Assembly: GCA_963842185.1 (NCBI GenBank)
Contig: CAWJFL010000016.1
Coordinates: 449,127 to 513,126, forward strand
Direction of reading: 5' to 3'
Source: an uncultured Verrucomicrobiae bacterium
GTDB lineage: Bacteria; Verrucomicrobiota; Verrucomicrobiia; Palsa-1439
DNA: 64,000 nucleotides
In this document: positions 27,126 through 37,445 of the stretch, in pieces
How positions within the stretch are numbered: the first letter of the stretch is position 1
Layout: every line of letters begins with the position of its first letter
Translations under genes and position numbers: made by a program
Notes under the pieces: generated by a model
What the model was told of the DNA's origin: nothing
Databases searched by the model: none
Seen by the model: the letters and a program-made list of their open reading frames with translations, nothing else

Positions 27126-28552
27126 GTGGCGAATATCCCCAAGCGCAAACGAAACTCGTCCAACCACGGCGCCCACAGGACGACAATCCGTTCACCGCGT
27201 CCTGCCGACACCTCGGCTGACGGGCAATTGACCCCCCAATTGCTGACCGATCTGCGCCGCGCGTTCCAAGCCAAGCCGTCCTACAAACTGGCGATGAATG
27301 CGGTCACGCAGACGCCCGTCGACGACGTGGCGTTGAACCGCGACGTCGTCACGAATACCGATTTCACCTTCTCGCACTGGCTCGATGACTGGGCCGTGAC
27401 CCACCAAAAACAATCCGGCCGCTGCTGGATGTTCGCGGGATTGAACCTGCTCCGCGTCGGTGCGATGAAGAAGATGAAGCTCAAGGAGTTCGAGTTCAGC
27501 CAGAACTACACGCTGTTCTGGGACAAGATCGAGCGCGCGAATTATTTCCTCGAAACCATCATCGAGACCGCCGCCCGGCCCGTGGACGACCGCGTGGTGG
27601 CCTTTCTGCTTTCACACCCGCTCGACGACGGCGGCCAGTGGAACATGTTCGTCAACATCGTCCGCAAACATGGGCTTGTGCCGAAGGCCCTGATGCCGGA
27701 AACCGAAAGCTCGTCCAGCACCTGGCGCATGAACAGCATTCTCCTGAATAAATTGCGCGAAGGAGCCAAAACCCTGCGCGAGCTTCGGGCCCGCGGGGCT
27801 TCGCTCAAAGAGACTCGCGCCGCCAAGCGCGAGATCCTCGCCGTCGTCCACCGCATCCTCTGCATCCACCTCGGAACTCCGCCGACGAAGTTTCCCTGGC
27901 AATGGAACGACAAGAGCCGGAAATTTCATCGCGCCGGCGAAATGACGCCGCAACAGTTTGCGAGGCAATATCTCACGCTCCCCATCGACGACTACGTCTG
28001 CCTGGTACACGACCCGCGACCGACCTGTCCCTTCAACCGCACGTTCACCGCGCAGCATCTCGGCAATGTCGTCGGGGGCGGCATCGTACTCTATCTCAAC
28101 GTCGACATCGGCGTGATGAAGGACCTTACCATGCGCAGCATCGTCAAGGGCGAACCGGTCTGGATGGGGTGCGATGTCGGCAAAATGATGCGCCCCGACC
28201 TGGGGTTGTGGGACAAACATATGTTCGATTACGAGGCGGTGTACGACACGGCCTTCCGCTTGGACAAGGCCGACCGCCTCGTCTATCACCAGACTGCCAT
28301 GACTCACGCGATGTTGTTCACGGGCGTGGACGTGGTCAATCGTCGTCCGCGTCGCTGGCGCGTCGAGAACAGTTGGGGCGAGGAAAAAACGGCCGCAAAG
28401 GGTTCTTCGTGATGAACGATTCGTGGTTCGACGAATACATGTTCGAGATAGCCACCCGCAAGAGCGCGCTGCCCAAGCCCATGCGAAAAGCACTCCAGTT
28501 GCCGCCCATCGTCCTGCCGCCTTGGGACCCGATGGGTTCGCTGGCGCGCTGA
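27126..28552 (+). pseudogene. pepC: Aminopeptidase C / bleomycin hydrolase (C1B) with one missing base in an A-run at 28384-28389
   Basis: Catalytic QKQSGRCWMFAGLNLLR and HAMLFTGVD are present. VENSWGEE changes frame inside AAAAAA to GRKGFFVMNDSWFDEYMFEIA (the frame of ORF 27902..28552). Total 1427 nt = 3n+2. Confidence 0.85.
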
Positions 28553-28612
28553 CGGCAATTGGAGGGCATAAGCGACCCCACAGCGCAGTTTTCACAACGG
28601 AGAAGATCGATC

Positions 28613-28741
28613 ATGGACTACATAAATTTAGGGAAGAGCGGGTTGAAGGTGTCGCGGTTGTGTCTGGGATGCATGAGCTATGGGGTGCCGGAACGAGGCA
28701 ATCATCGCCGGCTTCTCGTAAGCGCCCAACGAAACCGGTAG
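28613..28741 (+). pseudogene. Remnant of an aldo/keto reductase gene (first about 31 codons only)
   Basis: The ATG at 28613 follows GGAGA. MDYINLGKSGLKVSRLCLGCMSYGVPERGNH matches the conserved N-terminus of YajO-type AKRs. It then degenerates and stops where REPIN copy B begins. Confidence 0.6.
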
Positions 28742-28808
28742 CCGCAGGCTTTAGCCTGCGCTGGTGATCTGATTTTACGCACCCTGAAGGGTGCGGCTAC
28801 GATCAAAG
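28732..28808. repeat. REPIN-like doublet, copy B (inverted relative to copy A at 7468-7545)
   Basis: GTAG-CCGCAGGCtttaGCCTGCG is followed by a spacer, then CGCACCCtgaaGGGTGCGG-CTAC. Flanking ccggttt / ctttgat are also conserved with copy A. Confidence 0.8.
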
Positions 28809-28818
28809 ACGGGCTTTG

Positions 28819-30994
28819 TCACCGTTTGGCGGTGAGTTGCGTGGCGGCGGGCGGCGCCGGCTCGATGCCGGCGCGGATGTCGTACATCTGATAGCCGATG
28901 TCGCGGGCAGCGTTGACGGTCTCGGTGTACGGCGTGTCGGCGACATCGACGAACCCATTCTGGTAATTCTCCCCGTCCAGCGTCCGGCCCGTGGTCGGCT
29001 CGTCGCGGTACGAAAACCAGTGGCAGCCGACGAAATTGGGATGGCGGAGCGCGTCGCTCACGAAACTCTCGTAGGCGGCGGCGCGCTCCGCTTGATCCTT
29101 GACCCTCACCAGCCCTGGGCTAAATTGTCCGCGGTCGGTCGCTCCAAAATGAAATTCGCCGATGATCACCGGCGCGTCGACACCGGCGGGCAGGCGGAAA
29201 TCAGCCACCGACCGCCGATAAATGTTGTAGCTGAGCACGTCGCAGTGGTGCGCCGCGATCTCGACAACATCGGGGTTCACGCCTGCGAACCGGCAGCCGA
29301 GATAGAGATGGTTGGGCGCCGTCTCGCGCTCCGCCTGACGGCACAGTTTGAAGTACTCCCGAACCGTGTGTTGATAGAACGCCACCAGATCATCATGCGC
29401 GCGCGTTTTGTCGGGCATGTCGCGGCTTTCGATGAGGTCGCCCCATGAGTTGTAGTGCATGCCCCACGCGGCGTTGAGTTTGTCGATCGAGCCGGTACTT
29501 CGCCATCAAGTCCGACACGAATACCTGTTTGGCGGCCTGATACGCCGGCGAATCGAGTGTCGCCAGCGCCAGCGAAACATCCGTCCCCCAGATGAGTTCG
29601 TTGTCGATGAAATAACCGATGCACCACGGGTCGTCCGCGCTCGCGGCGGCCTGGTCGGCCATGCTGGCCCGCAGTCGCGTGCCGAAATTCGGATCGAACA
29701 CATCACGAAAACGTCCCCAGTAGCCCTTGGTGCCTTCGATCGGTTTGCTGGCAAAATGCACCGCCGCAACGTAGGGCGTCCGATCTTCCTTGCACAATCG
29801 CGGGTCGGACCAGTTGCCAATGGTGTTCAGGCCCCAACTCCGCAACCGCTGTTGCGTGGTGTCGTAAAAATTGTTCCGCCAGTCCGAGCCGTATTTGCGT
29901 TTCAGGTTGACGCCCGCAAAATCAAACGTGGCCGGTCTCGCGTCGAGGTAATGACCCCATTGCGGCTGGCTGCCCGGCGACAGGAATTGCCGGAAATCTT
30001 CCTGGTTACCCGGAAAATCCTGGAACCACGCCGCCCGCCCGTCGACGGGCGTCGATTCGCCGGGCCAGATGCAGTCGATCCCGTTCGAGAAGAACAATCG
30101 TCCGTCCGGATCGACCAGCCACCATTTCCCATCATACTTGGCGGTGCGAAAGAAGCCCGTTCCCAACAGCAGCGGCCCGCGTTTCCAGCCGCCGTACTTG
30201 TCCCACGACCGCGCGCCGCGCTCGGATTCCAGTTCGGTCGTCTCGGCAAAGCGTTTCGCGGTCAATTCCTCGGTCGAGTGGACCTTGTTCGGCCAATCGG
30301 CGTGGATGTACTGGCCAAATGTATCAATGAACGGGAACAGCGAGCGCAAGTCCTCGTTTGGACGCGTGACAGTCGCGCTCAACTCGCTCAGCCGCACGTC
30401 GCCGATCTCAAAACTGAATTTGCCCCTCGGTTTCGGTACAAGAATGGCCACCCGCGCAATCACGGATGGATCAATCGTGTTCTCGCCGGCATCCGGCGGC
30501 GGGAACGAGCGCATCCCGAACATGGGCAGCGACGCCAAACTGAAGGTCGACCGCCTGAACCGCACTTCCAACGTCCCGCGCGCGCCCGGGGCCAGCGTCA
30601 CTTGGCCCTTGTTGCAATGTAGCGGAGGATCAGCGTCGGCGTTTTCGACGCGGCATTCAAGGGTGAGCTCGGCGTCGCCGACGTTGCGGACGTCAAGGAG
30701 CAGCCCGTCGTGCTCGGAAAGGTTCCAGCGTCCATGCGGAGCTTTCAATACAATGCCCGCCCACTGCGGGTCATCTGCGCCATCCACGCGCAACGCCATG
30801 CCTGAATCTCCTTGCGCGGGAGATACTTCCACGGCACGCAGTTCGACGGCGTCGTTGGGTTTCCCGCGTGTGAAGGCGAACAGGACGGATTGGGCATTAA
30901 CTCGGACAGTGCTGGCTAGCCCCGCCAGCAACCACATCCCGGCGACCGCCATAAGTCTCGCAGTCGCGGGCCGAACTGCGCTTCGTCCCGCCAT
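28819..30994 (-). pseudogene. Secreted glycoside-hydrolase-like protein (TIM-barrel type, family unresolved) with one extra base near 29491-29497
   Basis: ORF 29393..31078 has a signal peptide from the ATG at 30994, then FFSNGIDCIWPGE, GLNTIGNWSD and CIGYFIDNELIWG. It continues in the frame of ORF 28819..29460 (SIDKLNAAWGMHYNSWG..LYLGCRFAG..IIGEFHFGA..GCHWFSYRDEP). Total 2176 nt = 3n+1. From memory, similar proteins are annotated as agarase/GH-like. Confidence 0.6.
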
Positions 30995-31186
30995 GCTAAT
31001 TAAACCTACGCGAAAATCGTGCCGCGTCAATGCAAGCGGTCTATATTTTTGAAGATTTTTCGGCTGGGCAGGGGACAACTGGTAACCAACGGGAGATTTC
31101 CGTCCGGGGGCGAACCTCCCGGACGCAAGTATGAGAACGCCCTCGGATGCGCTCAGATTTTGCAGCCGGGATGCGCCTCACCCGGA

Positions 31187-31609
31187 TTACTTGCGGAACG
31201 GCGAGTGCAGGTTGAAATAAACGCCGCACAACGGGCGCGCGTCGTCGTTCTGGCTGAGCATGATGGTCACATGACGGTCCAGCGCGATGCCGTGACGCAG
31301 GCCCGGCGCGCGATTTTCAAACGCATTGATCGCCTTTCCCATCAACGATTGCAGGCTCTTCAGGAATTCGTCGGGCGTTTTCTCGACGCACACGACAAAC
31401 TTGTCGTAGCTCTTTACCGCCGCCGCAATCTCATGCTGAAAATCTTCGATGCTCAGTCCCATGGCGGCTTGATTATTAGCACAGCCGTGCGGCTCTGCAA
31501 GAACCAGTGTGCCATCCGCCGCGAGGATGCGGCTTTTTGCGGCGAACAGGGATTTTGAATTGACTCGCGCCACGGGACACGGCATTGTAGCGGCCAACGG
31601 TTTCACCAA
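31187..31609 (-). CDS. Hypothetical protein (no family recognised)
   Basis: 140-aa ORF. Start uncertain (31609 or the ATG at 31585). It is divergent from the zinc-ribbon gene. Confidence 0.4.
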   Translation of the reverse strand: MVKPLAATMPCPVARVNSKSLFAAKSRILAADGTLVLAEPHGCANNQAAMGLSIEDFQHEIAAAVKSYDKFVVCVEKTPDEFLKSLQSLMGKAINAFENRAPGLRHGIALDRHVTIMLSQNDDARPLCGVYFNLHSPFRK

Positions 31610-31629
31610 GGAGGGACCGTGATCGAGTC

Positions 31630-32214
31630 GTGATCAAGTTTCGTTGCCTGAATTGTGGCCAGAAGCTTGCCGTCGTGGAAGATGGCATTGGCGCCGTTGT
31701 CTCCTGCACGAATTGCGCGGAACGAATCGTCGTGCCCCCGTATTCCATCACGGAGTTTTTCTCAGCGGAACCGACCCGGCGCGCCAGCGTGCCTGTTGCC
31801 GGCGGGCTGGAATTGATGCGTCCCGCTCCCTCCGCGGAACGGGCCGGAAACGGATCCACAGCCTTGCGGATGGCGTTAATTCCGCATCTGGCGCGAATGA
31901 TGATGAACCGGCTCGTGCAGGCGCTGTTCGCGCAACGGGAAACGCTCATCGACACGCAGGCCGAGGCCACCAAACGCATGGCCGACCTCGAAGAACGGAT
32001 CGCCAAAGCGCAGATGACCGTCCAGGACCGGTTCGCCGCGTACGAAAACCGCATCGCCGAGTTGGAGAAGCAGTTGCAGGCCGTCGAGGAAGAGAAACGC
32101 GAGTTGATGCGGCAGAATTTCCAACTCGCCCGGAAAGCGCTCGAAGCCGAGAACGCCTCGTCCCAACCCAGCCGCGTGAACCTACGCGATGCTGGGTTTC
32201 TGCTGCGCGCGTAG
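31630..32214 (+). CDS. Zinc-ribbon plus coiled-coil protein
   Basis: The N-terminal FRCLNCGQKLAVVEDGIGAVVSCTNCAERIVVP module is followed by a heptad-rich segment (EATKRMADLEERIAKAQMTVQDRFAAYENRIAELEKQLQAVEEEKRELMRQNFQLARKALE). GTG start. Confidence 0.6.
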   Translation: MIKFRCLNCGQKLAVVEDGIGAVVSCTNCAERIVVPPYSITEFFSAEPTRRASVPVAGGLELMRPAPSAERAGNGSTALRMALIPHLARMMMNRLVQALFAQRETLIDTQAEATKRMADLEERIAKAQMTVQDRFAAYENRIAELEKQLQAVEEEKRELMRQNFQLARKALEAENASSQPSRVNLRDAGFLLRA

Positions 32215-33318
32215 CGCCTGTTCGTAGCACTGCAGCGCTTCGCCGTAGCGCTCGAGCCGATTGAACACCCCGCCCTTGCTCAGGTAGGCCATCGTCATCG
32301 AGTTGTCCAGCGCGATGGCGCGGTCGTAGCAGTCGATGGCGTCGTCGAGCGTCCCGAGGCGCTCCAGCGCCATTCCCTTTTTGACGAACGCTTCGGCATT
32401 CGTCGGGTCGAGCGCGATCACTTCATCAAAGCACGTGAGCGCCGTGTCGGCCTGCTGCAAATTGAGATGCGCCTGGCCTTTGCCGAGCAACAACGCGATG
32501 CGGGCGTCGCGCTCGGTTTTCTCGGTCTTGGCGCGCGTCGTGGCCGAATCTGCTTCCGTCGGTTCCACCCGGGCTTCGGCACTGTCCGTCGGCGACTCGA
32601 CGGGCTTCTTCGGCGCGCCGTCCTCAAGACCGTGAGTTGGCTCCGCCGCGCCTTCGAGTTCGTTGATGCGTTGCTCCAGTCGCTCGATGGTGTTGAGAAA
32701 CCGCGTGGTGGATTGTTCGACGCGATTGAACGGAACGACTTGTGTTTCACCCGTGCCGAGCGCAGCGGGGGTAAAGCCGGAGCCGAGAGCGTGTGCGGTG
32801 AATTGCGCGATCATGGTTTCGGTGCGGCGATTCATAATACGCAATAGGAATACCGCGAAGAACAACATACCGAAGAAGCCGGCACCGGCGAAGATGCCGA
32901 CCATGATGAGCGTGAACCGATGCGAGCTTTGCATTACCTCGATTTCGCGCTCGCGCTCCGCGGTGACGGATTGCTCGATGCGGTTGAGGCGCGATTCGAC
33001 CTCTTCACTGCTGCGTTTCGCGGCGGCTTCGGCGTCCTCGCGGGCCTGTTCCACGGCCCGGGCGTTGGCGGCGGAGTCCTGCCGCTCTTGCTCGAGCTCT
33101 CGCATCATGGATTGCTGCTGGTCTTGAATTTGTTGATACGACTGGACAACGTGTTGCGCCCACGCGGCATCGCCTTGGGAAGGCTGGTCCTTGGCGGCCG
33201 GTGTGGAGTTGGTTTCCGTGGCCCCGAGCGCGGTCGGGACAGTGGCGCAAAGGCACAGCGCCACGAAAAAAGCGGCGGTCGCCGAGACGAGTCTCGGACT
33301 TCTACAATTTCCTCCCAT
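32182..33318 (-). CDS. Membrane-anchored coiled-coil and TPR protein
   Basis: Signal/TM N-terminus, a coiled-coil region, an internal TM (FTLIMVGIFAGAGFFGMLFFAVFLL) and C-terminal TPR units (ALTCFDEVIALDPTNAEAFVKKGMALERLGTLDDAIDCYDRAIALD). Confidence 0.7.
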   Translation of the reverse strand: MGGNCRSPRLVSATAAFFVALCLCATVPTALGATETNSTPAAKDQPSQGDAAWAQHVVQSYQQIQDQQQSMMRELEQERQDSAANARAVEQAREDAEAAAKRSSEEVESRLNRIEQSVTAEREREIEVMQSSHRFTLIMVGIFAGAGFFGMLFFAVFLLRIMNRRTETMIAQFTAHALGSGFTPAALGTGETQVVPFNRVEQSTTRFLNTIERLEQRINELEGAAEPTHGLEDGAPKKPVESPTDSAEARVEPTEADSATTRAKTEKTERDARIALLLGKGQAHLNLQQADTALTCFDEVIALDPTNAEAFVKKGMALERLGTLDDAIDCYDRAIALDNSMTMAYLSKGGVFNRLERYGEALQCYEQALRAQQKPSIA

Positions 33319-33532
33319 AATTCAGGGTCCCCCAAGGCGAAACCTAGAAGAACCACGCCCGGAATTCAATGCAAAAATCAGCTAAACAGCCGCGTCGCTG
33401 CATCTTGATACTACCGCTATCCGAGATAGGAAAGATGTCGCCGCAGCACCCTATCGCCGAACATTTTGGGTTGCTCGGTCGGGTCGAGAGGAGTACTACA
33501 AAGGCTGTCGAAAACAATCCGAACCGGAGCCG

Positions 33533-34261
33533 ATGATGAAACGACTGAGCCTCTTTCTTGCCGCAGTGTTCTCAATCTCATTTCTGTGCGTATTGGGCTG
33601 CACCGGTCAAGTGACGAACACGCTGCCAAACGGAGCGAAATACATCGGTGAGTGGAAGAATGGAAAACCGGAGGGTCGAGGGACGCTAATATCGCCATAT
33701 GGCGTGCAGAACTACGCAGGAGAGTTCAAAGACGGCAAGGAAAATGGCCAAGGGAAGCTCACGCTGTCAGACGGAGGTAAGTATGAGGGCGAGTTTAAGA
33801 ATGACATGCCGGAAGGACATGGGTCGCTCTCGTTTGCAGATGGGTCGAGGTACGTCGGAGGGTTTCACGACGGCCAGCCGAATGGTCAGGGGACGCTTAG
33901 CGTGCCGGGTGGTACAATCCAACAGGGTGAATGGAGAGACGGGAAGAACTACAGGACAACTGGAACTCTGATAGGCCCTGACAGAACGAAGGAAGTAGGG
34001 ACTTGGAATTTTGATGGAACGAAGTGTGGCGGGACGATTGCATGGACAGACGGCCGGGGATATAGCGGAGACTGGAAGGTCTTCAAGGATTCAGGCGAGT
34101 TGCCGGATGGCGCCGGCACAATGACATGGCCCGACGGTCGGAAGTACGTAGGGCAGTTCCATGATGGCAAAATGGACGGGGCTGGCAAGATGACGTACCC
34201 AGGTCGGAAAGTTGAAGAGGGGCTGTGGAAGCAGGGTGTCTTCGTGGGAGCCCTACCCTAG
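33533..34261 (+). CDS. MORN-repeat lipoprotein
   Basis: Lipobox LGCTG, then at least 8 MORN units (YIGEWKNGKPEGRGT, YAGEFKDGKENGQGK, YEGEFKNDMPEGHGS, YVGGFHDGQPNGQGT and others). Confidence 0.85.
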   Translation: MMKRLSLFLAAVFSISFLCVLGCTGQVTNTLPNGAKYIGEWKNGKPEGRGTLISPYGVQNYAGEFKDGKENGQGKLTLSDGGKYEGEFKNDMPEGHGSLSFADGSRYVGGFHDGQPNGQGTLSVPGGTIQQGEWRDGKNYRTTGTLIGPDRTKEVGTWNFDGTKCGGTIAWTDGRGYSGDWKVFKDSGELPDGAGTMTWPDGRKYVGQFHDGKMDGAGKMTYPGRKVEEGLWKQGVFVGALP

Positions 34262-34279
34262 TCCGAACCGGAGCCGAAC

Positions 34280-34801
34280 ATGAAACGATCGCCTCTATTT
34301 CTTGCCGCAACAGCTTTGATCTCGTTCCTGCCTGTATTCCTTTCCAATGCCCAAGAGTCGATCACGCTGCCCGATGGAGCCAAGTACGTCGGTGAAATGA
34401 AGGATGGGAAACCCAACGGGCAGGGGACAATTACTTTCCCGGATGGCTCGTTTTACGTTGGACAGGTTCAAGATGGGCAGCCGAATGGTTTTGGGACGAA
34501 AACGATGCGAGGTGTGCATCAGACGGGGATTTGGAAGGATGGCAAATGGAACGCCAAACAAACATTTCTTCAGGGGTTGCCTTTTCTTGTTGTCGGGATA
34601 CTGCTACTGCTTTTTCGTCGTCAGATTGCTTACTGGGTTGGGCGTGTAAAAGAGTTGGTCGTGAAGGTCATAACATTCGGTCGTGTAGAATTGAACCCGC
34701 TTCATGCCCAGATGGCAACTGCATCCATTCTTCTGTTCATTGGCATCGCTTTCGTCTGCGGTTCTATATTTTTCCTCCTTTTTACGTTTGGGATTATCTA
34801 G
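34280..34801 (+). CDS. MORN-repeat protein with C-terminal TM segments (paralog of the previous gene)
   Basis: Signal peptide, then YVGEMKDGKPNGQGT and YVGQVQDGQPNGFGT, then two hydrophobic helices. The 5' leader and signal-peptide DNA is shared with the 33518 region. Confidence 0.8.
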   Translation: MKRSPLFLAATALISFLPVFLSNAQESITLPDGAKYVGEMKDGKPNGQGTITFPDGSFYVGQVQDGQPNGFGTKTMRGVHQTGIWKDGKWNAKQTFLQGLPFLVVGILLLLFRRQIAYWVGRVKELVVKVITFGRVELNPLHAQMATASILLFIGIAFVCGSIFFLLFTFGII

Positions 34802-34925
34802 TTTGCATGGAGGGGAACCACCTGCTTGATAGATCCATTATCCAGCCGTGCGGCGCGTGGTGATTAGTGCAAATGTGGTAATAGTGCGAAGATGCACCAG
34901 CGGTTGGTCGCCCGCAGCGCTGCCG

Positions 34926-34954
34926 TTGACAGTTGGCGGGCGTAAACCTATAGT
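34926..34954 (+). promoter_or_regulatory. Sigma-70-type promoter candidate for the aminotransferase gene
   Basis: TTGACA (34926-34931), a 17-nt spacer, TATAGT (34949-34954). GGAG lies about 12 nt upstream of the GTG at 34993. Confidence 0.55.
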
Positions 34955-34992
34955 CGGCGCGTTGTATTTCCCGACAAGGAGACGACCGACCA

Positions 34993-35841
34993 GTGCCCGA
35001 GATCGCCTACGTCAACGGAGAGTTTCTGCCTCTCGAACGCGCCACCGTTCGTGTGGAGGACCGCGGATTTCAGTTCGCGGACGGCGTGTATGAGGTGGTG
35101 CGCACGTACGGCGGCAAACCGTTTGCGACCGACGAGCATCTCGCGCGACTTTCCCGCAGCCTCGAAGCGATCGAGTTGAAGAATCCGCTCCGTGTCGAGC
35201 AGTGGAAATCCATCATCGACGAGGGCATCCGTCGCTCCGGTTTCGCGGAGGCGATCGTGTACCTCCAAATCACGCGCGGTTGCGCCCCGCGCCACCGCGG
35301 AATACCGAAAGACGCGGCACCCACGATCGTGGTGACCGTGCGCCAGTTGGGTCCGCCGTCGACAAGGGTTCGCGAGACCGGCATTGCAGTCATCACGGTA
35401 CCGGAGTTTCGCTGGGCACGCTGCGACATCAAAAGCATCGCGTTGTTGCCGAGCGTGCTCGCGTATCAAGCGGCGAAGAAAGCGGGCGCGAACGACGCGA
35501 TTTTTGTCGGCGACGACGACACGGTAAACGAGTCGACCGCCGGTAACGTGTTTGTGGTCACGCACGGGCGGTTGCGTACACCGCCGAAGAGCACACACAT
35601 TTTACCAGGTGTCACACGGGACAAACTTTTGGAGGCAGCCCGCGCCGCTGGGGTGGTGACCGTGGAAGAACAGATCACCAGGGCAGATCTGTATGCGGCA
35701 GATGAAATGTTCCTCACCAGCACAACGGCTGAGGTGGTGCCGGTCGTGACAGTGGACGGGAAACGGATTGGCGCGGGGAAAACGTGGCCGGTGTCAACGC
35801 GGGTGTTCGAGCAATTCGCGCGGATGTTTATCCGCAAGTAG
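34993..35841 (+). CDS. Class IV aminotransferase (D-amino-acid / branched-chain type)
   Basis: Starts IAYVNGEFLPLERATVRVEDRGFQFADGVYEVVRTY, with later segments YLQITRG and ESTAGNVFVV. Fold-type IV pattern; GTG start. Confidence 0.88.
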   Translation: MPEIAYVNGEFLPLERATVRVEDRGFQFADGVYEVVRTYGGKPFATDEHLARLSRSLEAIELKNPLRVEQWKSIIDEGIRRSGFAEAIVYLQITRGCAPRHRGIPKDAAPTIVVTVRQLGPPSTRVRETGIAVITVPEFRWARCDIKSIALLPSVLAYQAAKKAGANDAIFVGDDDTVNESTAGNVFVVTHGRLRTPPKSTHILPGVTRDKLLEAARAAGVVTVEEQITRADLYAADEMFLTSTTAEVVPVVTVDGKRIGAGKTWPVSTRVFEQFARMFIRK

Positions 35842-35844
35842 CGG

Positions 35845-36396
35845 TTATTCGACCGGGTCCGGCAGCTTGTCGAGCAGGTAGTTCTTCGCCGGGACCGTCG
35901 TGGTCTTGATCTCGCCGTTCTTGTCGGGAGCGGTCGGCGCGATGAAGACAAAATCCATCAGCGTCTTCGCCGCGTGGCCGGTGTCGATATGCACCGGGAC
36001 GTCCGCAACGGCCAGGGCGCGCTCGTCATCGCGGCGGGTATGGTCGTAGGTCAGGTTGAGGTTCCCGATCTGGTGGTAAAGCTTCTCCACCCGCAGGTCG
36101 CGCTCCTCCTTTGCCAACTCGGCGACGTAGCGGCGCGTTTTGAGGTCGCTCAACGCGTTGGCGGCCTTGATGCGGGCTTCGTAGTCATTTTGGATGATTC
36201 GCCCCTGGATCTGGCGAAATGCCTCAATCAAGAGAGAAAAAGCCGAGTCCTGATTTCGCAGTTCTGCGATTGGATCGACAGGTTTGGTTTGGGCCGCCGA
36301 TTGGGTGGCAGCCTGATCCGTGGATTCCACGGAGAAAGACGACGTACCGACCAGCATTGACAGCGTTAGCCCCAGCGCCAAACCCTTGATTTTCAT
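35845..36396 (-). CDS. Secreted hypothetical protein
   Basis: 183-aa ORF with an N-terminal signal peptide (MKIKGLALGLTLSMLVGTSSFS). No family recognised. Confidence 0.5.
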   Translation of the reverse strand: MKIKGLALGLTLSMLVGTSSFSVESTDQAATQSAAQTKPVDPIAELRNQDSAFSLLIEAFRQIQGRIIQNDYEARIKAANALSDLKTRRYVAELAKEERDLRVEKLYHQIGNLNLTYDHTRRDDERALAVADVPVHIDTGHAAKTLMDFVFIAPTAPDKNGEIKTTTVPAKNYLLDKLPDPVE

Positions 36397-36595
36397 AGCT
36401 AACAGGGTAAATAGCGCATTGTGTGCCAGCGCGGTCCGGCGGGGTGAGGCGGACGCTCGTCAGCATCGGTTGGAAGCACGGGTTTTCTCGTGGCTCAAAG
36501 CTGCGGTTCACGTGGTCATCGACCACGTCGTAGCGCCTTCCATCCGTGGATGAACAGCCTTGAAGTCCTTCGCAGCCAGCGGTTTTCCTCGATGG

Positions 36596-36623
36596 TTGAC
36601 AATCGAGTGATGCCTGCTATGAT
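36596..36623 (+). promoter_or_regulatory. Sigma-70-type promoter candidate for rpmH-rnpA-yidD-yidC
   Basis: TTGACA (36596-36601), a 16-nt spacer containing an extended -10 TG (36615-36616), TATGAT (36618-36623). It lies about 28 nt upstream of the rpmH ATG. Confidence 0.6.
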
Positions 36624-36651
36624 GCGCCTTCCCTAAAAACGGGACAGACAC

Positions 36652-36786
36652 ATGAAACGGACATACCAGCCGTCCAAAATTCGGCGGCAACGAAGATTCG
36701 GGTTTTTGAAACGGACGCGCACGAAGAGTGGCCGCGCGATTTTGAGTCGGCGTCGGCGCAAGGGACGCAAGCGCCTTTCCGTGTAG
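36652..36786 (+). CDS. rpmH: 50S ribosomal protein L34
   Basis: Not in the ORF track because it is only 44 aa. My translation is [44 protein letters not shown]. Confidence 0.95.
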   Translation: MKRTYQPSKIRRQRRFGFLKRTRTKSGRAILSRRRRKGRKRLSV

Positions 36787-36807
36787 CATGCGGGCCGTTA
36801 CAGCGTC

Positions 36808-37206
36808 TTGGCGGAGGCGGGGTTGCCTGGCAGCAACACATTACCGAAAAGCGAGCGACTCAAGCGTGGTTCGCAGTTTCGGCATGCGTATGAACACGGG
36901 CGCAAGTTTATCGGCAAACTATTCGTGCTCTACGTGGTCGATGATCCGCCAGACAGACCCGGAGCAACAGGGCAGGCGTCGCGTGCCGTGGGGGTGGTGA
37001 CGAGCCGCAAAATCGGCGGCGCGGTCACCCGCAATCGCGCGCGGCGGCTCTTGCGCGAGGCGTATCGGCTGAACAAGCGGAAGCTCAACGATAATTTACA
37101 GATGGTGATGGTTGCCCGGAGCGCGATCAGCGGCAAGCGGCTGCAAGAGGTGGAGGCGGAATTGCTGCGATTGTTCCGCGCGGCGGGCATCCTCAACGAG
37201 ACGTGA
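36808..37206 (+). CDS. rnpA: RNase P protein component
   Basis: Follows rpmH. Contains [59 protein letters not shown]. The TTG start at 36808 is uncertain. Confidence 0.85.
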   Translation: MAEAGLPGSNTLPKSERLKRGSQFRHAYEHGRKFIGKLFVLYVVDDPPDRPGATGQASRAVGVVTSRKIGGAVTRNRARRLLREAYRLNKRKLNDNLQMVMVARSAISGKRLQEVEAELLRLFRAAGILNET

Positions 37207-37445
37207 TCAAACGCTTACTCTTATTCCTGCTGCGACAGTATCGCTGGTTGTCGCCGCTGAAGATGCTGTTGCCCGCCCCGCCGCTGACGGGCGGCTGCTG
37301 CCGATTTTACCCGACCTGTTCGTGCTATGCCCGCGAGGCGGTCGAGAAACACGGTTCCGTGCGCGGCTTGTGGCTGGCGATCAAGCGGCTGGGCCGCTGC
37401 CATCCATTCAACGACGGCGGATTTGACCCGGTGCCCGACCGATGA
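37203..37445 (+). CDS. yidD: Membrane protein insertion efficiency factor YidD
   Basis: Contains [37 protein letters not shown]. The GTG start overlaps the rnpA stop. Confidence 0.9.
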   Translation: MIKRLLLFLLRQYRWLSPLKMLLPAPPLTGGCCRFYPTCSCYAREAVEKHGSVRGLWLAIKRLGRCHPFNDGGFDPVPDR

